DNA of 64,000 nt from Phallusia mammillata (lineage: Eukaryota), in the NCBI GenBank assembly GCA_965637545.1, contig OZ281496.1:13950001-14014000 (forward strand), given 5' to 3'. The position numbers were made by a program, and so were the translations under genes. The notes under the pieces are model-generated. The model saw nothing but the letters and a program-made list of their open reading frames with translations. It searched no databases and was not told the DNA's origin. The stretch's first letter is position 1. Every line of letters starts with the position of its first letter. This document shows, one piece after another, positions 49,901-61,600 of the stretch.

Positions 49901-50412
49901 AAAAGGCAGCTCCTTTTCCATAGACAACCCAGTCAGTTGATTCGATTAAATTTTGAATTTGTCGTCTATCTCTTCGGGGTCATTTTGGTAAATTCCTATT
50001 TAAAATTCATAGAGTGGTTTTGTACAAATTTCAAATAAGTCCAGTGTCGATGGATCGCAGTCAAACCCGACAGGACTCTTTATTTTAAATGATGCCGTTT
50101 CCGAACTGAAAAAAAATTTGAGAACTAACAGCCGTGTTTGGGATTGTGCATCTTTTTCGTACCTAATGTTAAATGATTCTTGGTGTACTTCTTTTCTTAG
50201 GTAGTTAGAATTTAATAACTGAACAGCAGAAATGTCACATATAGAAACATATAACAACCGCTTTTTTTATTCCTCAGAAATAGACTTGTGGTCAAGCTTA
50301 CATTTTAAAATTTTAGTTTTGGCCCAAAAATAATCCTTTATTTTTTCTAAAACATACCTGTAAAAATTTTTGAATAATTTTTAATAAAAAAAATCGCTAG
50401 GACGTTCACAAC

Positions 50413-52369
50413 ACGGAAATATTCTGCGACGCCCTTGGAAAATTGAACCGTCGCGACGCACAGTTTGAGAACCACTGGCCTATGTTGTAGATGAATTTGT
50501 GACGGATGCAGGGTGTTTTGCCGAATAAAAACCAATTCTGTTGGGCTTCGGAAAGCTAACAACAAAGGAAAACGAACTGTCGGGTGTTGTTTTGCTCGTG
50601 GGAGGTAATAAGATTGGACAATTACCTGGATGCACAGAGTATTCAGTGACATTTGAACCTTGTAGCCCTTTCTTAAGTTCCCTTGTGAAGTAAACATTAG
50701 CAAGTTTCGTTTTGGCGTAAAGCTGGAGCTCAAGCCCTTCTAAAGTTAAAATATCCACGACAAAGAGCAGTTTTTGCAAGCTTTCTTCACTCCAGCTGCA
50801 CCAAATAATGTAGTGTGCGCGATTTTGCGAGATTTATGCTAAGGTTAACCGCTAAACCACAAATTAAACAAATACCACCGTCCCTTGCCAAGATAATGTC
50901 TGGTAACACTAGAAAGGAGGGTGGAAAAACTGTAAACTAAACAAAAGGAGTTTTATATACAATCCGGATAAAGGCGTTATACTGTAGATATGTCTTTTGA
51001 TTAGCTCTAGTGCAAATCCCGCACGAAAACAGCATTCGATCACAGCAAACATCACACAGCTTAAGCACATGAACAATTTTTCAGAGTCACTTCTACCTCC
51101 TACATAAATACGACTTGGGTATCCCCGTGTCCGAATTATGCCCGGTCTTCTTATACCTATTCACGTGTTTCGTTTTATTCCAAATATAAAGAGGAAACAA
51201 ACATTAAGCAAAATAACTTTTGATAACATGCTGTTATCTAAAACGTTTGGTGTATGTATACGCATAAAAATAACCTTAACTCTCAACAAGTTCAAATGAC
51301 AGTTCCTGACCAACGTTTGATTCATGGCCGTGTCTTTTCGTGCTGTTTTTGCCCAAGTAGTTTAAATTAATATACTGTCCTGGTATGTGTTAATGTGCTC
51401 TAAACCCCAAATGCTTTATTAAGAGTGAAATATCAAGACTTGTATATCTAGTTTAGGTTATAATATTTGCAAATGCAAAAGTTCCTGGAAGACTGTGCCT
51501 TCTTAGAAGATGTTTTACTCGTCGCGCTTCTCATACGAATCCGTTCTCCGACGTTTGACAGCCGGACCGGAATATTCTGACGGCTCCGAATCTTCAAACT
51601 AAATTAAACATGGGTTGTAGATAGTTAATTTTTCAACCAAGATAGAAATGAAATGTTTTGTCTAAGCAATGTTCGTGTGGATGTGCTATAGACATAACTC
51701 TAAACGAGGGGGCGAAATGGTCATGGGGTCGTTGAGGTGTAGTCGTGGAATGGCTGGACGAAACATTCGAGCTTCGAGGGGCAGGATAACTATATTTTAA
51801 GAGGTGCAAAAATGCGATTGCACCGGGCTTCCAAAAAATCAGTACGCGCGACAAACTTGCAGGGCATTTAACCAAATTCTATCAAAAATAATAAAATATT
51901 GAACCACTGAAATCAGTACATTGTTACCCAATTTGATCCCAAATGTCGTGGTGTCGCCAAGTTTAACTGGTGATAATCTTACTACTAAACTTTACAAATA
52001 TGTTTGTGCCACTGCTATGGTTTCTGGTACTGGGCTCAAAATTGGGTCTTGTTACAAAAATTGGAGAACTAACAACCGTGTTTCGGATTGTGCATGGTTT
52101 TTCATACCTAAGGTTAAATGATCCTTGGTGTACTTTTTTTCTCAGGTAGTTAGAATTTAATAAATGAACAGCAGAAATGTCACATATAGAAACATATAAC
52201 AACTGCTTCTTTGATTCCTCAGAAATAGACTCGTGGTCAAGCTTACATTTTAAAATTTTAGTATTGGCCCATTTGGCCCAAAAATAATCCTTTATTTTTT
52301 CTAAAACATACCTGTAAAATTTTTTAACTATTTTTATAAAAAAATCGCTAGGACGTTTACAACACACGG
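50413..52369. repeat. Tandem duplication copy 2
   Basis: The junction CACAACACGG|AAATATTC fuses the end of the unit to its start through ACGG microhomology. Confidence 0.9.
50480..51160 (-). pseudogene. SDR (retinol-dehydrogenase-like) pseudogene, apparently intronless
   Basis: TGHNSDTG (degenerate TGxxxGxG, 51146-51123), [32 protein letters not shown] and WFLFGKTP, with multiple frameshifts. Confidence 0.7.
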
Positions 52370-55300
52370 TTCTTGCCAAGTAAAATGAGTTGTATTGAAC
52401 TTGTGCTTCAAATCATCCTTATAATAAACGGTTTCAATATCCTTTCACTTAAAACCATCAACACTTTCTTTTAACTAAAGTGTAATAACAAAGTTAATAA
52501 AAAACACTTAAACCAAAAATAATATTAAAATTAAAACATACCACAATCTGTTGTGGAATTTCCGAGATGTAGCTTGTTGGTAAAGTGATCGAAATATATT
52601 TTTTGAATTTCAAATGATTAGGTTCGCATTAAAGAATTGGAGTGAATTGGCCCTAAGCGACATTAAAGGTGATTAACTTTAGTTTACTGACACAAATTTT
52701 GTTTACCGTTCTGCTACGGCTTCCGTAACATAAAGTGAGTTTTGCGAAATATCAACAGTACATCCTCTAATCTTAAGTGTTGCTCCCTCGGATCCAACGA
52801 CTAAGGACGTAGTTTCGATAAACTCGTAGCCGTCCTAACAAAGCACAGCATTTTACACACAACACAGCATTTTAGCTTGGTGCACATTTAATAAATAAAT
52901 AAATAATAGTGTTCTGATCAAACATAGTGCAAACTAATTATGGCGCATGACAATCCGCACTACATGATTCAGCAAAAAAACATTGGCAAACTACTTACAC
53001 ATTTTTATGGAAATAGCGAATTACAAAAAAGTCAAAGCACACAACGGTAATTAAAATAAAAAAGTTAAAAAACTTACTCGGTGTTTCAGCAACTCCAGTT
53101 TGGGTTCAAGAATTTTCATCACATCATCAGACAGGCTACCATATTTTTCATAATTATGGCAGGCTACCAGATTAATCTTTTATATTGTACAAACAAGTCG
53201 CAAAGTGCTCACCGCCTTCGTTACCAAACAAATTTTTTCCCACATCAAAATATTTCATCTAGCAAGACATGAAGATACGATGAAGTATCAAATACATAAT
53301 TGTTGTGCAAACGTGTTGGGAGCGAGACATACACGAATGAAATTCAAACAAATTGTATATTGTAGTATTATCTTACCGAGTGCGATTGTTAAAGAATAAA
53401 GCACTTTAAAGCTAGGTTTACTAGTAAAGCCAAGTAACTGGGCGTACCATTAGACTTCACACAACAGAGCGATTACGCATCTTAAACAGTTGAGTCACGA
53501 GACCTGTATTTGAGTTTAGCAGAGTTGAAGCTCCGGTCTAATTTTGACAATTTTCTGAAACCTACGCGAACCCAAACCAAAACGCCAAGTACGACTTTCA
53601 ACTTTGGCGTACCGGGTATGGCCTTTTGTAGATGGCTGATGACAATTTGATTATACCACTATCATTTATGAAACAGTTTTGGAGATAAAGTTCATCAATG
53701 TTGTGTATGCAAGTTGCTAAATATTTCGCTCCGTCATCTTTTACTTGATTCCACTCGAGGAATAATCTTTCCATCTGAAAAGTAAATGTCCAAAAATGTT
53801 AACCTTTATATGTCAATTATGTTGGTGTTTTCAATAAACATCAAAACAAAACGAATATTCGTACAAGAAATTCAAACAAACTAAATCGTAAACGACAAAA
53901 AATCGTTTTGTAGCTCTCCCGATAAACAAAGTGCATTGAAAGTCATACTATTATATTTGGGTACTTGGCAGCATACTTATTAAAGGTTTTTGGAGAAGAA
54001 TTTTAACTTGCAAGAATATGTTGGGGCAAATCATGTCACTGGATGAGGGTACAAAGACAAAAACTTTGAAGTCTGCAAACGCAGAATTTTAAGACAAATA
54101 TTTCAGCAATGAAAGGGTTGAAACCAGCATTGCAGCACTCTAATCAGCAAACTTCTAAATATAGACTCTATTTGGACTTAGACCAAGAAGCGCAATGCAT
54201 TTACAAAAAAAACCTCACAAAATTACCGGCTTGGTCCGATTACTGATGGCCAATGACAAGGCTTTGGTCCAGGTCGGTCAATAAAGTCTATGCAAGTAGC
54301 TAAGACTTTCGATCCACCACCACTAATCGGATTGCACGCCAGCTCCAATTTGTCCATCTTTGCAGTAATTGTATGTTAACGGCTTTATTTATACAACAAA
54401 TATCAAATATTAAAGATTTTTGCCGTACAACAAATATTAAAGATTTTTGCCGTATTGAAGTTATACATTCTTAAAAGGCAGCAAATTCACGAATTAGGGA
54501 ATACTGACTATCCCAGCACAATTAATGCAAGAATTGGTAACTAATTTTTGTTAAAATCGTCTGTCTCAACCTCAAATACATCAAAGTCAGAGCAGCGGGC
54601 AAGTGATACCACAGATTTTTGTACCTGGGGAAACCCATCGTCTTAAAAATCGTTTACGGGTCACCTGTTGTTGCGACACTTTGATGATTACTGTAATGAG
54701 TGCAACAAATCTAAAGGGCCTTGCAGTGTGATAACAGCAGTTTGTGCACTGCATTGTGCCATCTATATACTAAACCGCATCTCGTTAATCTGTACTGGTC
54801 AATAGACACCATTCATCTGCTATTTTACGGATGCATCTGAGTTAACATCAGTACAAAATTTGGGACTTGATAAAAGAAAAATTGTTGTTGAAAGTTTGGT
54901 CTCACGTCATCACGAGCGGCGTCGACCGACAAGCATTTGAAGGGCCAGAGCTGTTGTTCTGTTATGTGAAAATATCCATAGGCGTGCAGCAAAAGTTCGA
55001 CTTTTCGCTGTCGGTATGGAATATATTAACAAATGAGTATCGACAATCTTATGCCGACGTTGGACATCGTAACTTGTTTTGGTTTTCTGTTTATAAGGAG
55101 CAAATCTGCCGGATTTGGTTTTAGAAACTTGTGTCAGATCCATAATCGGGGAGCTCGTGCGTTATGGTGAATTGACCGACTTTTTACTATTATCTCAGAA
55201 AAAACGATGCTTTGCAAATTGTTTATAGCCTTGGACAAGGCCATGTCCCTGGGAGTGGCCTATTTGTGTGTGCGTGTGTGGAACATGCTCTTGGTTAAGT

Positions 55301-58300
55301 ACGATAACCAAAACGGATTAAGCCCCTAATAACAGATCACTCGGAAGTTGTCTTACACCACGTGAAGCTTAGTGTTGACATGGAGGCGGTACATGCGTTT
55401 GTGGTCACAGTAGTTATATGCAGCCGTTGTTACCACCGAGTTTGACCTGAAGTATCTTATCCTGAGCATTTTGTGAAGCAATTTGGCAGGTAAAATATTT
55501 ACAACTTCTTCTTCGATGAATTAAACGATGCCCGAGATATGTGTTTTTCCGTCATGGTTTCGCACAGGTCGAGCGACTCGGCAGTGGCATACCTGTTTCA
55601 GATGTTTGTAATAAAACTGCTAAAGCTACAGTTGTAATACAGTGTTTTGTCAGCAAAAGTTAGTTTGCTAAAAGTATACCTTTTGGGGTTATCACCATTG
55701 ACTGCAATGTGTCTAAGTTCTAGTTTTACACTTGAAAATTGACTACTGGTTAAATAAAGTCTTGTCACTTGGATAAATCGAAATCAACGATGACCTAACA
55801 TCTTCACGAATTGCTGGCAGATACTACCCTATCTAATTTGGAAAATAGCTGGTAGTAAAATTAAAAGTTTTCATAAACGTTTTATTAACTAAGAGAGTTT
55901 GGGAATTTATTGATATATTATTTAAATTTTTTCTCAATTTCAATATGCTTGCTTGTTGGCAAAAATAAGCACATTTACCTAGCATAGGTGAAATGAACAG
56001 GTTTCTTATACGTTGGGTATCTGGTGCAAAACACGATTCTTACTGGATTCGGTCGTATGCTGATCGCCGAGGACAATGCAACAATGCTTTCGCGTGATGT
56101 CACAATCCCAACAAGAGCTGATCAATATTATGTATACAGTTTGCAAATGCTTCTACGTCTTGGCATTGAAGCGAACTGCTGTTCAAAGATATTTTTTGTA
56201 TCTGTAAAGCAATGGTATAATTTGAACCAATGGTAATTTGTAATATGGTCAGCATTAAAGTTTACGAACCCGTTTCAGCGCCTTCATTTGAAATTGCTGT
56301 GTTCAATAATCATGAAGCACGATTTTTACCCTACTTTGGTAAAATTTAAATTTCTGAATAAAAACTCGAAAGTTGGCCATCCGATACATTTAATGATTTC
56401 ATATACACACCATTTCAATCTACTAACACACAAAAAAAGCGAAAACACATGTGCTCATGCGAATTAGTTACGATAAAAAAGGACAAATTAGTAGAAAGCG
56501 TTCACCCAAACGGTTTTGTCCACATTTGCTTTACAACATCATGTTGTCCTATATTTACGTAAGTAGTAAAAAAAGACCAGATAAAGTACTTCCAGTAATC
56601 TGGGAATTTTACTTTCTAGCTTTGAACTTTTGTAAAACAGCTAAAATGTTTCTAAAAAACATTTTTTAACTTTCAAACTTTGGGTGAAAAACTAATGTGT
56701 TTGAATTTTTTTCTAACAGTAATTAATCATTGGTTTGGTTCTACTTGCTTACTGGATTGTTTAGGTTTGAGATTCCTTTAGCAAGATGCTGAATGTCTTC
56801 AGTTTCGATCTTACAATGGCGAAATTCCAAACTGTTTATTTTGTGTAGACAGTTGACGAAGATGTTTAGTGATCCGCGGGGCTACAAAAAGTCATAAAAA
56901 CATACAAAATTATACGGCTTGTTGTTATTTGTTATTCAAGTTTTCAAAAATGTGTTATGTAAAGCCGTAAAGCGAAACATACTCAACTCGATAATTTTGG
57001 TTGCCAACTACAATGTAGCATGGGGAAAAAACTAATTGTTATTTGGTTGACACATTTTTTCTTTCCTATGCGCTGAAAAGCTAAAGCAAAACTGTAAAAA
57101 TATTTTTTAGTTAAAGTTTACAACCATTTCTCACTTACCAGTATAGAGAGGTTGATATTTAAATCGTGAGATGTTATCGAGTGACAAATCAAATCCGTCA
57201 AACCAGTTACCTCTAAAGTCGACAAAAATGTTTTTTCGTAGCAACCACTAGCTGAAAATTTTGGATTAACTCTAATCCGCTTGGGAATTTGATCCGCTAT
57301 TTTGACAACTTTGCCAACTTCCACGTTAAGATGAGCTCATAAGCAGCAGAGCATTCAATATCCAGAACGGATATCTGAACCATATGCCTTCGATATAATA
57401 ACCGCAGACGTAAACATACATTGATAACATCATTATAAGCTTCAGGAACGGGATTAAAAAGCAGACTTTCAATGCAAGAAATCTTCACATATATGGGTGT
57501 CGTCAAAAGGAGGGATTTCCGCGAATCGCTGAATTTGCCCTTGACGTTCTTTCGCTATTCGTGAGCACTTGCCCGTGTGAGCAAGCATCATCTTTTCTGG
57601 TTAACGTGAAACTGATCTTAGAGTTTGCCGTTAGGAAACAAAGTCACTAGAATTGTCGATGGAAAGCAACAACAAAAGAGCCATTAAATTTCGTTTACTT
57701 CTCTTTTCTGTTTCGTCTTTCGTTTATTACACTTAATGTCATTTTTGTGGGTTGCAAATCTGTATCATATTGGGGTTCGACGAAAGCTTGCAGAAAGTCG
57801 TGTGGGTTTGGCATATTAAAAAAGGTAAGGAACCACTGCTCTATGGTAACCTGAAACATAACAAACCATGAGTCAATCAGAGATACAGAAGTTACGATAA
57901 CCACAATAACCAAAACATTTTTTAACGTAATTTATTAACTTCAGAACTTGGGAAATATTTTGACAAGTGATATGCGGTAGGGTAACAAAACGAAATCCAG
58001 AACCACCCTACATGGAAAAATCTTCTGTCCAATCTATCCTACTGTTGTCGTGCAATGTTGAAGTTAAAAGAGAAAATGACACCAACAGTCCATAGTCGAC
58101 CATAAACAACTAAAATGTTGACCAAAGTTTATCAAACGATAGACAACACGACAAGAAATGTAGAAGTATGACGTAGGTATAAACTTATCTCGTCTTCGTG
58201 TCGGTGAAACTGCTCTTAGTGCTAGTCTCTGAGTCAGCGTCTCGGTTACGTTAGCAAAGCGAATGTATATTCAAATGACAACGTGTTGTTTTAAATCTTG
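51515..58300 (-). pseudogene. Decayed NLR-like multi-exon gene: possible NACHT-associated region, RI-like LRR exons, ZU5 and UPA-like domain
   Basis: LRR exons at about 56880-56753, 56201-56044, 53774-53613 and 53258-53078. ZU5 exons at 52834-52707 and about 52676-52545, then an exon with SVDGFK*KDI...FNTTHFTW. Terminal exon 51598-51515 reads FEDSEPSEYSGPAVKRRRTDSYEKRDE*. Confidence 0.7.
57740..57838 (-). mobile_element. hAT-type MITE end
   Basis: The minus strand reads CAGTGGTTCCTTACCTTTTTT...GAACCCC. The partner end was not found. Confidence 0.5.
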
Positions 58301-58609
58301 ACAAAAGTCAAAAACAAATCATTATGTACATGAACAGTTTGTGAAGACATAACAACACCTATTTTATTTCATGGGATATACAAGATAATACGTAGCTGGC
58401 AGTATTTCTGGCCAAAATATTTTACCCAAGGAACAGTGATAAGGTTCTCTCTGTCAAACATGTTTGCCACTAAACATTCATTATATGTCTTTTTAATGTT
58501 TTACTAATTATTTACAAATATTGCATTAATGAGAATTCAGAAGTAATGTTGACACAGTTTTCTTTAGTGTGATGAGATTTCGGAATAATGTGCGTCGACA
58601 TCGGGCTTT

Positions 58610-59716
58610 TTAAAACTTCTCTTCAACTGCGTGGATCAACTTGTGTCTTTTCAGAACTCCACTACGAGCAAAGCTTTTTGCACAAACGTCACATCGATGA
58701 GGTTTCTCTCTGGTGGGTGCGTGTGTCAACATGTGTGCTTTCAAATTTCCACTTTGTGCAAACCTTTTTTCACAAACTTCACATTGATGAGGTTTCTCAT
58801 TGGTGTGTATCAACATGTGTGATTTCAAATATCCGCCTCGTGCAAAGCTTTTTTCACAAACTTCACATCGATGAGGTTTCTCATTGGTGTGTATCAACAT
58901 GTGTCTTTTCAAATCTTCACCTTGGGAAAATATTTTTTTACAAACAAGACAGAGATGACGTTTCTCTTCGGTGTGTCTTAACATGTGTCTTTTCAAATTT
59001 CCACTTTGGGTAAATCTTTTTTCACAAACACTGCATCGATGAGGTTTTTCATTGGTGTGTACCGACATGTGTTTTTTTAAAGTTTCTCGATGGCGAAATC
59101 TTTTTTCACAAACATCACAACGATAAGGTTTTTCGTTGCCGTGTGTCATCATGTGCCTTTTCAAAATTCTTCCTTCGCGAAATTATTTTTCACAAACAGT
59201 ACAACGATGAGATTTTTCGTTGGTGTGTGTCAACATATGTATCTTCAAATGACTACCTTGAGCAAATCTTTTTTCACAAACATCACATCGATAAGGTTTT
59301 TCGTTGGTATGTGTCATCATGTGTCTTTTTAAATGTGAACCCAAAGCAAATTTTGCTTCACAAGTACGACATTGATGGGGCTTCTCCTTAGTATGTGTCA
59401 ACATGTGTCTTTTTAAATGTCCACTTTGACCAAATTTTTTCTCACAAACATCACATCGATGAGTTTTCTTTTCAATATTAAGATTTGACTTCTGTGTTTC
59501 CAAATGTTTATCATTACTATTCTTCTTTTCACAAACATCCAAAGTGTGGGCGCAAAGGTGATTTTTGAAAGCATTTTTGGTTGCAAAGCATCTTTTACAA
59601 AATTCGCATTGGTAATCACTTTCTTTTTTGCTAGTTTGTTGTTGGTTGGAAGATAGTTGAAACGCATTTTCCTTTTGCGAAGATGATTGCTCAGATTCCG
59701 AATCCAGGGTTTTCAT
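58610..59716 (-). pseudogene. Tandem C2H2 zinc-finger gene C (11 fingers) with one in-frame TAA; paralog of gene A
   Basis: The two ORF-track pieces are in the same frame. CEK*FREGRILKRH has TAA at 59185-59183. Confidence 0.85.
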
Positions 59717-60903
59717 CTTTTCTTATTAGTTAAACAACTAAACACTAAAAATCTAATGTTTAAAATCTAATGTTCAGTTAACTCTTTTGGCAATTAAAAC
59801 AACTTAGTCAACGACATTAGAAACCTAAGCAGATCCAGATGGAAAGATTTTAACAACCTACGTGAGATGCCGTCGCACAGAAAATATCAACTACATGCTA
59901 CACTTTTCGGTGATTGTGACGAATTCACACTAGCGTAACGGTTCTATCTTCAGGGGTAACCAGCCAAATACCCGCAATATTTTATGGCTTTTCTAGAACA
60001 AAGGCACAGCTGCGTTCAGCAGGCTAGAAAACTAGCTTCCGTTAATACATACTACTTTGGTGCAATATACGCAAAATTTATCCTGCCCAATCAATATTAT
60101 GTTTTTGACCGTTTTTGTGAAACATTACCTTTATCTTCAAATATTCAAATGAAGTTTTAGATTCTTATGTACTTTTGCGTTAATATCTAATTACCGTTTG
60201 CCCCTAATATTTGAAAAAAAGCTTTAATTATTATTCCTCGTATTTCTTTTCTAATAATTCTTTTGCTAACAACGATATAAAATAACAATGTAATCAACCG
60301 TCCCGCCCGTGTATACATCGTCACACTCACCGAATAATGTAGTAGGCCTTTTCACGCACTTTTAAAGTCCTGATATTATCAAACGTCTGTTCTAACGTTC
60401 ATGTTGCTGTCCTGCGAGTGGAAATGCCAGGACTTCAAGAAACCTCGCTTGTGATAATAGGCTTCTTTCGTCAACACTGTAACAGCAGAAATCCCTAGCG
60501 TTCTGTTATATTATGTTTACATCAGCTGGTGCCAAAACATCACTTTAGCTTTAGAGTTCTTTTTTTCATTTTCTTTTAGACAAGGGTGTTAAAATGTTAC
60601 ATTATCTGTTTGTCGCAAAGCAAAAAGATTTAGAACGGGTGTCAACTAATTAGTGATATGGGAGATCAAACACATAACGATGCAAGCCAACATCCTCTCT
60701 ACGTTCTAATTCTCCACAGGGTTGTCGCACTTTTTTTTCGCGTTTGTTTGATTTTACCTTTGAGGTTTTCGTTGGTAAATTGTTTGTTACTTAATACTGA
60801 TGTTTTAAAGCGTTCTGAAACAATAGATCTTACACAACTAATATACAATCTTGCTGACGGGTATGGGGCGCCGTTTGTAAAAATATTTGTTGTCATTTCC
60901 ATT

Positions 60904-61268
60904 CAGATTTACCTAAATCAAAACGGAAATGCCATTCCGCTTTAGTTAAATCAGAACGGGAATAACATTTTCATTCCGATTTAGCTAAATCAGAAAGGGA
61001 ATGTCATTCCGATTTAGCTAAATCAGAACGGGAATAACATTTTCATTCCGATTTAGCTAAATCAGAACGGGAATGCCATTCCGATTTAGCTAAATCAGAA
61101 CGAGAGTCACATTTTCATTCCGATTTAGCTATATCAGAAAGGGAATGCCATTCCAATTTAGCTAAATCAGAACAGAAATAACATTTCCATTCCGATTTAA
61201 CTAAATCAGAACGGAAATGCCATTACGATTTAGCTAAATCAGAACGGGAATGCCATTCCGATTTAGCA
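60904..61268. repeat. Palindromic minisatellite with alternating 33/39-bp units
   Basis: About 11 copies of the core palindrome GATTTAGCTAAATC with periods 33,39,33,39,33,39,33,39,33,33. Confidence 0.95.
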
Positions 61269-61600
61269 CTGAACCATGACGAACTAAGTGATGGACCGAA
61301 CCATTATAATCAACAGGGTGTTGGGGCTTAAATTACATGCTACGTTTCTGATTTCGTTCAGAAATCAGCTGTTCATTGACAACTGTACCATTTTATAAAA
61401 AATATAACCAAACAGGTTAGGACTGATAGTGACAAATACGGTTAAACATCAGCAATGCAGCGAACGAACGGCGTGAAAAATCTCGGTTCCAAAACCAGAA
61501 AAAAAATATTTTTATGTGAACTCCCGGTGGTGTAACATAGAAGGTACTCGTTATCACGTAGGATTTGTTTCAGTTCGTTTTTTTTGGGCGAAACGATAAT

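Larger units (their letters stand above)
42263..50416. repeat. Tandem duplication copy 1 (contains the CACTA and about 540 bp of extra sequence)
   Basis: 42263-42507 + 48143-49575 + 50115-50416 align collinearly with 50413-52369. Confidence 0.9.

Noticed and set aside
54230-55400. tRNA or SINE-like segments (also about 4500-4800)
   Set aside because: No complete cloverleaf, no convincing A/B boxes and no second copy in the window.
58588-59391. Plus-strand ORFs over the ZNF genes (also 5686-5940 and 37702-38064)
   Set aside because: They are antisense shadows of periodic zinc-finger codons.
60904-61268. CRISPR array
   Set aside because: The inter-palindrome segments are two recurring variants rather than unique spacers, there are no cas genes, and the context is eukaryotic.
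60904-61268. Coding repeat (SDLAKSERECH)n
   Set aside because: Stops interrupt all six frames.
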